From assembly GCA_963701385.1 (NCBI GenBank), contig CAVOZW010000017.1:1481-65480 (forward strand): a DNA stretch of 64,000 nucleotides, in the 5' to 3' direction. This document shows positions 26,804-34,510 of the stretch, in pieces. This DNA comes from an uncultured delta proteobacterium. Lineage in GTDB: Bacteria > Desulfobacterota > Desulfobacteria > Desulfobacterales > B30-G6. The translations under genes were made by a program, and so were the position numbers. The notes under the pieces are model-generated. The model was not told the origin of the DNA. It did not search any database and saw nothing but the letters and a program-made list of their open reading frames with translations. The number at the start of each line of letters is the position of its first letter. Within the stretch, counting starts at the first letter, position 1.

Positions 26804-26850
26804 TTTTCTAGTTAGCCAGTTTAAACATCATGTAATGTAGCTCACCCGCT

Positions 26851-27324
26851 TTATTGAGATGGTACATCAAAACTCATCAGTATCTTATCAACTTTTCCTC
26901 TTAGCATTTTCCACGTTTTTTTTGAAAATGTGGCATTGAGTATATAACCTGTGTTATTTCTCGTCAGGTAAATGGCTCGCTGGTAAACTTCCCTGTTATC
27001 AACCGGACACCACTTATAGACAATATCAACTCCTTGAATTCCACTTAAAAATGTGATCTTTCCCCGTTTCAGTTCCTGGTAGCCTTGCATTTCACCTTCC
27101 ACAGCCCTGATATTTTTAGCAGCATACTTTTCAAAATTCTGTTCGTCGATATTATTTTCGATCGTTACATAAATATTGTGGCGGATACCATCCTCTTCAG
27201 GACCTTCATAGCGGTATACCGACTGATCCTTCCAATCCGTTGGCAATCTTAAATTGAATCGGTTATTTAATATAATAAAAGCAGAGTTCTGATTGTTTTG
27301 GTCTGTTTTCTTCTTCTTGAACAT
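26851..27324 (-). CDS. DUF1795 (DcrB/Eag-family) T6SS effector chaperone-like protein
   Basis: 157 aa. The pattern FNLRLPTDWKDQSVYRYE...NIYVTIE...QGYQELKRGKITFLSGIQGVDIVYKW...YQRAIYL...YILNATFS...KILMSFDV matches the DUF1795 layout as I remember it. Lies directly downstream of the PAAR gene. Confidence 0.6.
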   Translation of the reverse strand: MFKKKKTDQNNQNSAFIILNNRFNLRLPTDWKDQSVYRYEGPEEDGIRHNIYVTIENNIDEQNFEKYAAKNIRAVEGEMQGYQELKRGKITFLSGIQGVDIVYKWCPVDNREVYQRAIYLTRNNTGYILNATFSKKTWKMLRGKVDKILMSFDVPSQ

Positions 27325-27343
27325 GCAGCACCGACTTGTTTTA

Positions 27344-27751
27344 TTAATCAGGTTGGTTGGCTATATTCGGAAACTTCACATCACAATTTCCGGGAGGAAC
27401 TTCTTCCTCTTTTCTATATCCATTTCCATCAAGCTTGCCTTTTCTAATTTCGCCGTTGGCTAGATACAGAATATATTCCTCATTTGGAATTGGATTATCC
27501 TCGTTGTCCAATAGCTCGATTTCAAGATAATCTTTGAACTCCAGAATATCCGACCTGGTCCTCTGGTTCTTAACTTTTACAAAGAAATAGTATTCCGGTG
27601 CCGAGTAGCCCTTTTTCTTGTCGGATTCTGAGTCCTCGTCCTCATCTTCGTGATATTCGTATTCCCATTCTGCTTCGACTTTGCCTCCGTCTACCTCTGG
27701 CTTCGATCTCCTCGATAAAATCGTCCGAACCAGTGATATCTCTGTTCCCAT
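27344..27751 (-). pseudogene. C-terminal extension module of the PAAR protein, detached by an in-frame TGA
   Basis: 135-aa ORF in the same frame as the PAAR ORF, separated only by TGA-AAT. Contains VEAEWEYEYHED...PEYYFF and LEFKDYLEIELL...EYILYLANGEIRKGKLDGNG...PPGNCDVKF modules homologous to ORF 22746-24200. Its first ~30 codons match the paralog better in another frame. Confidence 0.45.
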
Positions 27752-27754
27752 ATT

Positions 27755-28435
27755 TCAATCCTGGCGGTTGTTGCCATCCTCGAAACCTTCCACTTCTGCG
27801 GTCAGTTTAACCACATCGCCGACCCTGGCCTCGTCTTGCGACCACTTGGCGTTATAAACCGCGAAAAGCTTGACCGTGTAATCACCTTCGTCCGGCAGCC
27901 CGCTTCGTTTGATGCGGCCGTCGCCGGTCAGGATTCCTTTGGAAGTATTCCCACCCGGGTCGGTCAATTCGTACTCGACTTCGGTGATCGGGTTGCCGGC
28001 CGAATCCACGAACTGGCAGTCGATCCAGTGGGGTCCTTCTTTTTCGGGGCCTGGCTCGCCCACCAAAGCGGAGTAGGCGCTGGCCTTGGCAGCCGCTGCA
28101 GCACCGCCGCCCCCGCCACCACCGCCGCCCCCGCCAGTCTCGCCAATCAGGACCGTCATGCAGCCCAGGACGATGGCGTCGGGCGGGCCGGTGCAGACGG
28201 CCATGTCGCCCATACGGGCTGCCGGCATACCACCGATGAGAACCCCGGCGCTCCCCAGGGATATGGGCCCACCCACATGGGGCACCGGTGCGGGTGCCGG
28301 CGTCACCATGGGGCACACATGCATATCGCCGAGTCGCGCCGCCGGCATGCCACCAATGAGCACGGTGGGGCATCCGGCCACGATAGTGCCGCCATGGGCG
28401 GTCATGTCGCCGATTCTGGCCGCGGGTTTACCCAA
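27755..28435 (-). CDS. PAAR-domain protein (T6SS spike tip) with a poly-Gly linker and beta-sandwich-like extension
   Basis: TTG start with GGAGG 5 nt upstream. Three PAAR motifs (PAARIGD, PAARLGD, PAARMGD), then a G11A5 linker. The C-terminal module ends WSQDEARVGDVVKLTAEVEGFEDGNN. Confidence 0.9.
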   Translation of the reverse strand: MGKPAARIGDMTAHGGTIVAGCPTVLIGGMPAARLGDMHVCPMVTPAPAPVPHVGGPISLGSAGVLIGGMPAARMGDMAVCTGPPDAIVLGCMTVLIGETGGGGGGGGGGGAAAAAKASAYSALVGEPGPEKEGPHWIDCQFVDSAGNPITEVEYELTDPGGNTSKGILTGDGRIKRSGLPDEGDYTVKLFAVYNAKWSQDEARVGDVVKLTAEVEGFEDGNNRQD

Positions 28436-28554
28436 TGATTCCTCCCTGAAAAATTATTATTTTTTGAATTCTGAATGAATGTATTCTATGCATTGTAGAA
28501 AATAGCCATCTCGCCAACTCAAAACGAAAAACTTACAATTCACAATTGCCCTGC

Positions 28555-30771
28555 CTAGTTGATCATCACAATCGCTCCGGATATGGTCGTCTTGGCACCA
28601 CCCTTGAGCTCCGCCATGGTACTGCCCTCGACCTTGGCCGACAGGCCGCCCTTGGCTTCCATATTCATGCCGCCCTCGATCTTGGCGTCCATGTCGGCCT
28701 TGATCTCAACATTCATGGCCTTGAGCGAGATTTCGTTGGCCTCCAATGCGATTTTGCCGCTGGACGCCGTAATGTTGATATCCCCGCCCGACTCAATGGT
28801 GATGGTGGAGCCCGCATCCAGCTTGACGATGTTGCCGCCGGCATCCTCGATGGTCACGTTGTCGTTGTCGTCGTCCAGGGTGATGTGGTGGCCGCTGCTG
28901 CTGGCCAAACTAATTTTCTTTTGATCGTCGTCCAGGATGGCGCTGTGACCCTCTGTTGTGGTCAATTCTATTTTCTTGTTCTCGTCGTCAAACAGGAATT
29001 TGTGGCCGTCCGTGGTCTGGGTGGTGATCTTTTTGTTCTCGTCGTCAATCTCCAGCGTGTGCCCGTTGGTCGAGCTCAGCACGATCTTCTTGTTCTCGTC
29101 GTCGAACAGCAGCTTGTGGGCGTTGGTGGTCTCGATGGCGATCAGCTTGTTTTTATCGTCCATGGACACTTTGTGCTGGTCGCGGGTTTCGATGGTCAGG
29201 ATCTGCTCTTTTTCATCCATGGTCAGCTTGTGGCCGTAGGCGTTCAACAACACCACCCGGGTTTCCTTGGATTTGTCTTCCATCAGCAGTTCGTTAAACG
29301 ACCCGCCTCCCGGGGTGGTCTGCGAACGCAGGGCGCTCTTGGTCTTTTGGTCCGGCAGCTTGTAGGGCGGCGTGTTGGTGCCGTGATAAACCCGGCCGGT
29401 GATCAGGGGTTTGTCCGGGTCCCCTTCCAGAAAGTCCACCACCACCTCCTGGTCGACGCGTGGGATGTGCATGGCGCCCCATCCGGCCCCGGCCCAGATC
29501 TGACTGACGCGGATCCAGCAGGAGCTTTTTTCGTTTTTCTTCCCCACACGGTCCCAGTGGAATTGCACTTTCACACGACCGTGTTCATCCGTGTAGATCT
29601 CTTCGCCGGCAGGCCCCACTACGATGGCTGTCTGGATGCCCTGAACAATGGGCTTGGGGGTTTTGCGCAGGGGCCGGTAAACCACGTCGGAAGGGATGCC
29701 GCTGAACTTGTTGCTGTAGCTGAATCCCTCTGTACCGGCCTGCTCTTCCAGCACCTGGGGCTGGGATCCGAAATGGCTGATGTCGGTTAACAAATACTCC
29801 TTTTCAAAACTGCTCAGATCGTGCCCTTCCAGCTTGAAGGTAAATCCGGGAACCAGGCGCGGGCAGTTGCTCTGTCCTTCAACGCTTTCCAAAAAGACAC
29901 GGCCCTCGTCCAGACGGATGTTGGCCAGGGCATCTCCGCGAGCATCTTCGATGTAGTCGCCCGGATAGTCGTACTGCTCGATCTCGGTATGGGTATTGGC
30001 TTCCTTGTGCCGCAGCAGCTTGGCCGAGGGTTTCAGAAAATTGAAATCTTTGAGGGACACCTTTCCCGTGGATATTTGGCGCGAGTGCGCCACAGTCTGG
30101 ATGGTTTCCTTGGTGACCACCATACCGGCCCCCGTCCGGACCGCGATTTCCACCTGATTGTCGTCATTTTTCTCACCCTGGATAGGCCGGTAGATACCGG
30201 CACTGTCGGCAAAGACCAGCAGGTGATTTTCCTCGTCGTGCTCGAAAAAGTAGAAAATGCCTTCCGCCTCTGCCAAACGGGAAATAAAATTCAAATCGGT
30301 TTCGCGGTACTGGACACAATAGTCCATTTTTTCGTAGCTACCCTGCAACCGGAATTCGAATCGGTCCGAAGTGATGCCGGCTTCGGTCAGAACCTCCTCG
30401 ATAATTCCTTTGACGTCCTTTTCCTGGAATATGCGGCAGTCCTGCGCCAGGGAGAGCAGCCAGAGGGTCGGTACCAGTGTGGCTTTGTACAGAAAAAATC
30501 GCCTGGTGCTGCCGGTTTGCCAGAATTTATTGACGATGCCGTGAAAGTGACGCTCCGAATCCGTTTTGAGGCCAAAGATCGATAGCAGACCGATTTCACC
30601 GACGACATCGTCAAAGGTCACTTCCACCTCGTCATCGCGTGTGGCCAGTGTGAGATCGACTTCAAACGGTGTGGAGATGTCCTCTCTGGCTGAAAAAGCC
30701 ACGACCCGGAGTTGCCGCCCGCCGGCCTTGAATAGAAAGCTCTCCTCGTCCGCCGATCTGAAATCAGCCAT
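28555..30771 (-). CDS. vgrG: VgrG (TssI) spike protein
   Basis: gp27/gp5-like sequence: FHGIVNKFWQTGS, YCVQYRETDLNFISRLAEAEGIFYFFEH, VKVQFHWDR, WIRVSQIWAG. C-terminal beta-helix repeats. ATG at 30771 with GGAGGA upstream is preferred over the track's TTG at 30783. Confidence 0.93.
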   Translation of the reverse strand: MADFRSADEESFLFKAGGRQLRVVAFSAREDISTPFEVDLTLATRDDEVEVTFDDVVGEIGLLSIFGLKTDSERHFHGIVNKFWQTGSTRRFFLYKATLVPTLWLLSLAQDCRIFQEKDVKGIIEEVLTEAGITSDRFEFRLQGSYEKMDYCVQYRETDLNFISRLAEAEGIFYFFEHDEENHLLVFADSAGIYRPIQGEKNDDNQVEIAVRTGAGMVVTKETIQTVAHSRQISTGKVSLKDFNFLKPSAKLLRHKEANTHTEIEQYDYPGDYIEDARGDALANIRLDEGRVFLESVEGQSNCPRLVPGFTFKLEGHDLSSFEKEYLLTDISHFGSQPQVLEEQAGTEGFSYSNKFSGIPSDVVYRPLRKTPKPIVQGIQTAIVVGPAGEEIYTDEHGRVKVQFHWDRVGKKNEKSSCWIRVSQIWAGAGWGAMHIPRVDQEVVVDFLEGDPDKPLITGRVYHGTNTPPYKLPDQKTKSALRSQTTPGGGSFNELLMEDKSKETRVVLLNAYGHKLTMDEKEQILTIETRDQHKVSMDDKNKLIAIETTNAHKLLFDDENKKIVLSSTNGHTLEIDDENKKITTQTTDGHKFLFDDENKKIELTTTEGHSAILDDDQKKISLASSSGHHITLDDDNDNVTIEDAGGNIVKLDAGSTITIESGGDINITASSGKIALEANEISLKAMNVEIKADMDAKIEGGMNMEAKGGLSAKVEGSTMAELKGGAKTTISGAIVMIN
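28860..29240 (-). repeat. Coding ~57-nt (19-aa) tandem periodicity of the VgrG C-terminal beta-helix
   Basis: Successive repeat units: HKLLFDDENKKIVLSSTNG, HTLEIDDENKKITTQTTDG, HKFLFDDENKKIELTTTEG, HSAILDDDQKKISLASSSG, HHITLDDDNDNVTIEDAGG. Confidence 0.75.
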
Positions 30772-30772
30772 G

Positions 30773-33403
30773 TTATCCTCCAAAATCTATCGTAAACATG
30801 CCGTCCTCATTCAGATCCAGGTTGATCTGCGACGGCATTTCACCCTCGCTCATGCAACTCAGGATCTCCTGGGACATGCGTGGCATGATGCTGCCGCTCA
30901 TGATGTAATCGATATTCCTGGCACCGGTTTCAACCTCGGTGCAGCGAGCCGCGATCTGTTCCACCACCGCCGGAGAATAGACCAGCTTCATCTTATGGTT
31001 TTCGGCCAGTCTTCTGACCAGCTTTTCCATTTTGAGGGCCACGATCTCCTTGAGGACATCGGTCTTTAACGTCAGGTAGGGAATCAGGTTCATGCGTGCC
31101 AGAAGGGCGGGTTTGAAATGGTTGCTCAATATGGGACGGATGGCTGCGCTGATGCTTTCCAACGGCGGAACTTCATCACCGGAGCACATTTCCGTGATCA
31201 CATCGGTGGCCAGGTTGCTGGTCAGGAAAATGACCGTGTTCTTGAAATCGATCAGCCGGCCCTCGCCATCGGAGAGCATGCCTTTGTCGAAAACCTGGTA
31301 AAACAGGTTCATCACCTCCAGGTGCCCTTTCTCCACTTCGTCGATGAGCACGACCGAATAAGGCCGTTGACGAACGGCTTCCGTGAGGACACCCCCCTCA
31401 CCATAGCCCACATACCCGGGCGGCGATCCGATCAAGCGGCTGACGGTGTGTTTCTCCTGGAACTCGCTCATGTTAATGGTCACCATAAAATTTTCGCCGC
31501 CAAACAGGAGGTCGGCCACCGCCAGGCCGGTTTCGGTCTTGCCCACGCCGCTGGGACCGGCCAGCATGAACACACCCATGGGCTGATTGGGATCCTTAAC
31601 CCCGGCCTTGGCAGCCTTGATCACCCGGGTGAGACTATCCAGGGCCCCATCCTGGCCCTTGATGCGTGCTTTCAAATTCTCCCCCAGATTGATGATGCCC
31701 TTGGCCTCGTCCTTCATTACTTTCCCGAGGGGTATTCCCGTCCAGTCGGAGACCACCTTGGAAACAACGTCCGGATCCACTTCCGTGCGCACCAGCGGTG
31801 AATCACCTTGGATCCGCTGCAGGTCTTCCACCGCCGCGTTCAGTTCCGCTTTCAGGTCCGCCGCCGTCTCCCCCTCCGCCGCAGGCTTTTGCCCTGCTTC
31901 GTAAAGTCGCTGCCGAATCTCAATCACCTTTTGGGCCGCGGCCTGCTCTTCCAGCCAGCGCTCTTTGAGCGAATCAACCTCCTGGTTAAGTTTATCCAGT
32001 TCGGTCTGGGTCTCCTGGGTGCGCTCTTTATCGATCTCCATTCCGTGAAGCGCGTCGCGCTCGAGGGCCTTCTGCTCGCGCTGGAGCGCCTGCATACGGC
32101 GCTCCTTGTCTTCGATCACATCGGGTTTGGCGGTCAACAGCACCTTTACCCGCGCCGCACTGGTATCCAGCAGATCGACGGCCTTGTCCGGTAGCTGACG
32201 CCCGGAGATGTAGCGGCTGGAGAGCTCGGCCGCAGCCACGATGGCATCATCACGCACCACCACGCTATGGGCGGCCTCGTACTTGCTCTTTAGACCCCGC
32301 AGAATCAGCGTGGCAATCTCTTCGGACGGTTCGTCCAGTTTGACCAGCTGGAATCGGCGTGCCAGGGCCGCATCTTTCTCAAAATATTTCTTGTATTCCG
32401 ACCATGTGGTGGCAGCCACGGTGCGCAGCTCGCCGCGCGCCAGGGCCGGCTTTAGCAAGTTGGCCGCGTCAGACATCCCAGCGGCTCCTCCGGCGCCGAT
32501 CAGTGTGTGGGCCTCGTCGATAAAAAGAATGATCGGTTTTTCGGATGCCTTGATCTCGTTGATCACCGACTTCAGACGATTTTCAAACTCGCCCTTCATG
32601 CCGGCCCCGGCCTGGAGCAGCCCCATGTCCAGTCCCAGAATCGACACGTCGTGCAGCAACTCGGGAACGTCTCCCTCAACAACGCGCAAAGCCAGCCCTT
32701 CCACAACCGCCGTCTTGCCCACCCCAGCCTCGCCCACCACGATGGGGTTGTTTTTGCGCCGGCGGGCCAGGATATCCACCATCTGGCGGATTTCACGATC
32801 GCGCCCGAACACGGGGTCGATCTCCCCGGCCGCGGCCTTAGCCGTAAAGTTGTCGCAAAATTGGTTCAGGGCCGTTCCCTCGCCGGCTGTCACAGCTTCG
32901 CGCTGCTCGGTCGCAACGACCGAGGGCTTTTCCGTCGATCCTTTGACCGAATCCCAGAATTGAGACCTTAGCGCATCCCGGCTGATGGCCTCAAGAATGT
33001 CAACATAATCCCCGGTGGCGAACTGGGTAGGCCTGTTCAGGAATGCCAGCAGCAGGGCCCCGGAGCGCACCCGGGTCTCTTTTAAATCGACGGATCCCAC
33101 CAGCCAGCCCTCCTGGAATAACTCCATTAAAACCGGGGAAAAAACCGGTTTGGCAGCATTGCCGGTCTTGAATTCCTCCAGGGAGCGGTCGATGGCCTTC
33201 TGCAGGCGACCGGCATCAATGTCGAAATGGCGCAGGATCAACGGAAGATCTGACCGGGCGTCCTCCAACAGCTTGGAAAGCAGGTGTTCGATGGTCACTT
33301 CGTAATGGGTGCGTGATACGCATAGTCCGGCGGCTGCTTCAAGCGATCGGGTGCAATGGGTGTTCAACCGGCCTAACAGGGACTTGATGTCGACCGAAAT
33401 CAT
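30773..33403 (-). CDS. clpV: ClpV (TssH) AAA+ ATPase
   Basis: 876 aa. Walker A motifs GEAGVGKTAVVEGLA and GPSGVGKTETGLAVA. Walker B motifs ILFIDEAH and VVLIDEVEK. ClpV-type N-domain. Confidence 0.93.
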   Translation of the reverse strand: MISVDIKSLLGRLNTHCTRSLEAAAGLCVSRTHYEVTIEHLLSKLLEDARSDLPLILRHFDIDAGRLQKAIDRSLEEFKTGNAAKPVFSPVLMELFQEGWLVGSVDLKETRVRSGALLLAFLNRPTQFATGDYVDILEAISRDALRSQFWDSVKGSTEKPSVVATEQREAVTAGEGTALNQFCDNFTAKAAAGEIDPVFGRDREIRQMVDILARRRKNNPIVVGEAGVGKTAVVEGLALRVVEGDVPELLHDVSILGLDMGLLQAGAGMKGEFENRLKSVINEIKASEKPIILFIDEAHTLIGAGGAAGMSDAANLLKPALARGELRTVAATTWSEYKKYFEKDAALARRFQLVKLDEPSEEIATLILRGLKSKYEAAHSVVVRDDAIVAAAELSSRYISGRQLPDKAVDLLDTSAARVKVLLTAKPDVIEDKERRMQALQREQKALERDALHGMEIDKERTQETQTELDKLNQEVDSLKERWLEEQAAAQKVIEIRQRLYEAGQKPAAEGETAADLKAELNAAVEDLQRIQGDSPLVRTEVDPDVVSKVVSDWTGIPLGKVMKDEAKGIINLGENLKARIKGQDGALDSLTRVIKAAKAGVKDPNQPMGVFMLAGPSGVGKTETGLAVADLLFGGENFMVTINMSEFQEKHTVSRLIGSPPGYVGYGEGGVLTEAVRQRPYSVVLIDEVEKGHLEVMNLFYQVFDKGMLSDGEGRLIDFKNTVIFLTSNLATDVITEMCSGDEVPPLESISAAIRPILSNHFKPALLARMNLIPYLTLKTDVLKEIVALKMEKLVRRLAENHKMKLVYSPAVVEQIAARCTEVETGARNIDYIMSGSIMPRMSQEILSCMSEGEMPSQINLDLNEDGMFTIDFGG

Positions 33404-33499
33404 GGGATGACCTCCTTACCCGGTTGGTGCGGAATTTCAATTTCTAAGGTTTTGTGGCTTTTAAGCATTTCACTTGGACCCTTGAATGCTGAAATTTTG

Positions 33500-34510
33500 C
33501 TAGTTCAGTCGGGGCGTAAAGACCGTGCGCACTTCCTCCGGATAATCACCCGAAAATACCCAAGTGTTGGTGCCCAGCATGGCGTGCTGCGCATTGCCCA
33601 AGCATACGGTCTTTGCCTGACCCCTTGCCAGGATCAGTTCCAGGTCGTAGGCCAAGGGCTCGGTGAGGTAGAGCCTGGTTAGAAAGGCTAGCCGTTCATA
33701 GGCCTCGTTACCCGAAAAAAAGGTTTGATACACCTTTGCATTCACTGGACCCACCTGGATGCGGAACTTGCCCATGCGGTCGGCCAGCTCATGACCCAGG
33801 TATGCGTTTTTGCCCAGGGTGCCCCCGGATATGCCCAAACAGCAGCGCTGGGTTTCAGGAATCCTGGCCTTGTGTTCAACGCAGGGAATGATTGTCAGCG
33901 GAATATTACCCAAAGCATCCCGCAGCAGTGCCTTCAAACCCACGACCGATCTTGGAAACTGGGAAAAAAGCCCGGTGTAACGTAACAGCCGGTACGGTTC
34001 GGGGATCTCTTCACGAAACCCCTTTTCACCCAGCCCCAGCAGACAGAACAAACGCTCCAAGTCTGGTGCATGCTGCATTTCCAGGACCTGCAGATATTGC
34101 CGATATTTTGCCCAGCACCTGAACAGCAGCTCGTACAGGCGGTGGTTGACGATGTCGATGAAATCCCTGGAGACCGATTCATCATTGGCCTCTTCAGCGA
34201 TGAGCTCTTCTGTGTAAAAAGTTGGCAAGGGTGATGCCGTACCGTATAGCCCGAGGATGTTGGCTGTGATCAGGAACTGAACGGCCTCGGCGTCATTGCG
34301 TTCCTCAACTTTTTCCACGTCCGAAGCCGGAAAGGCCATGGAAAGATTGGGCCTGACACGGATGTTGTTCAACTCCCGGCGTCCTGCAGGACCCTTCTTT
34401 GCGGTGCCTGCCTGCAGATGACCCAACAGTCGGATAACCTGATAAAAGGAGAAGGCATGCCCCTCTTTTAGCAGTTGGCGTTTCAGATCGGTTTTGAATG
34501 CCGTTGTCAT
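33500..34510 (-). CDS. tssG: TssG baseplate protein
   Basis: Motif FSFYQVIRLL near the N-terminus. ATG at 34510 overlaps the tssF stop (ATGA), so it is preferred over the track start at 34543. Confidence 0.85.
   Translation of the reverse strand: MTTAFKTDLKRQLLKEGHAFSFYQVIRLLGHLQAGTAKKGPAGRRELNNIRVRPNLSMAFPASDVEKVEERNDAEAVQFLITANILGLYGTASPLPTFYTEELIAEEANDESVSRDFIDIVNHRLYELLFRCWAKYRQYLQVLEMQHAPDLERLFCLLGLGEKGFREEIPEPYRLLRYTGLFSQFPRSVVGLKALLRDALGNIPLTIIPCVEHKARIPETQRCCLGISGGTLGKNAYLGHELADRMGKFRIQVGPVNAKVYQTFFSGNEAYERLAFLTRLYLTEPLAYDLELILARGQAKTVCLGNAQHAMLGTNTWVFSGDYPEEVRTVFTPRLN

Noticed and set aside
27755-27757. The in-frame TGA after the PAAR domain as a selenocysteine codon
   Set aside because: I see no convincing SECIS-like stem-loop immediately 3' of the TGA. 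PAAR proteins are not known selenoproteins. The paralog-matching sequence lies in a different frame, which points to disruption rather than Sec insertion.
28860-29240. Regular 57-nt periodicity as a CRISPR-like or satellite array
   Set aside because: The periodicity lies entirely within the vgrG reading frame and encodes the beta-helix repeats. There are no spacer-like unique segments.
28546-29790. 414-aa plus-strand ORF, plus several 100-250-aa ORFs on either strand overlapping vgrG, the PAAR gene, clpV, tssF and tssA
   Set aside because: They are antisense or out-of-frame shadows of clearly recognisable tss genes in GC-rich, repeat-containing DNA. Their translations are low-complexity (runs of V/G/A/R/P).
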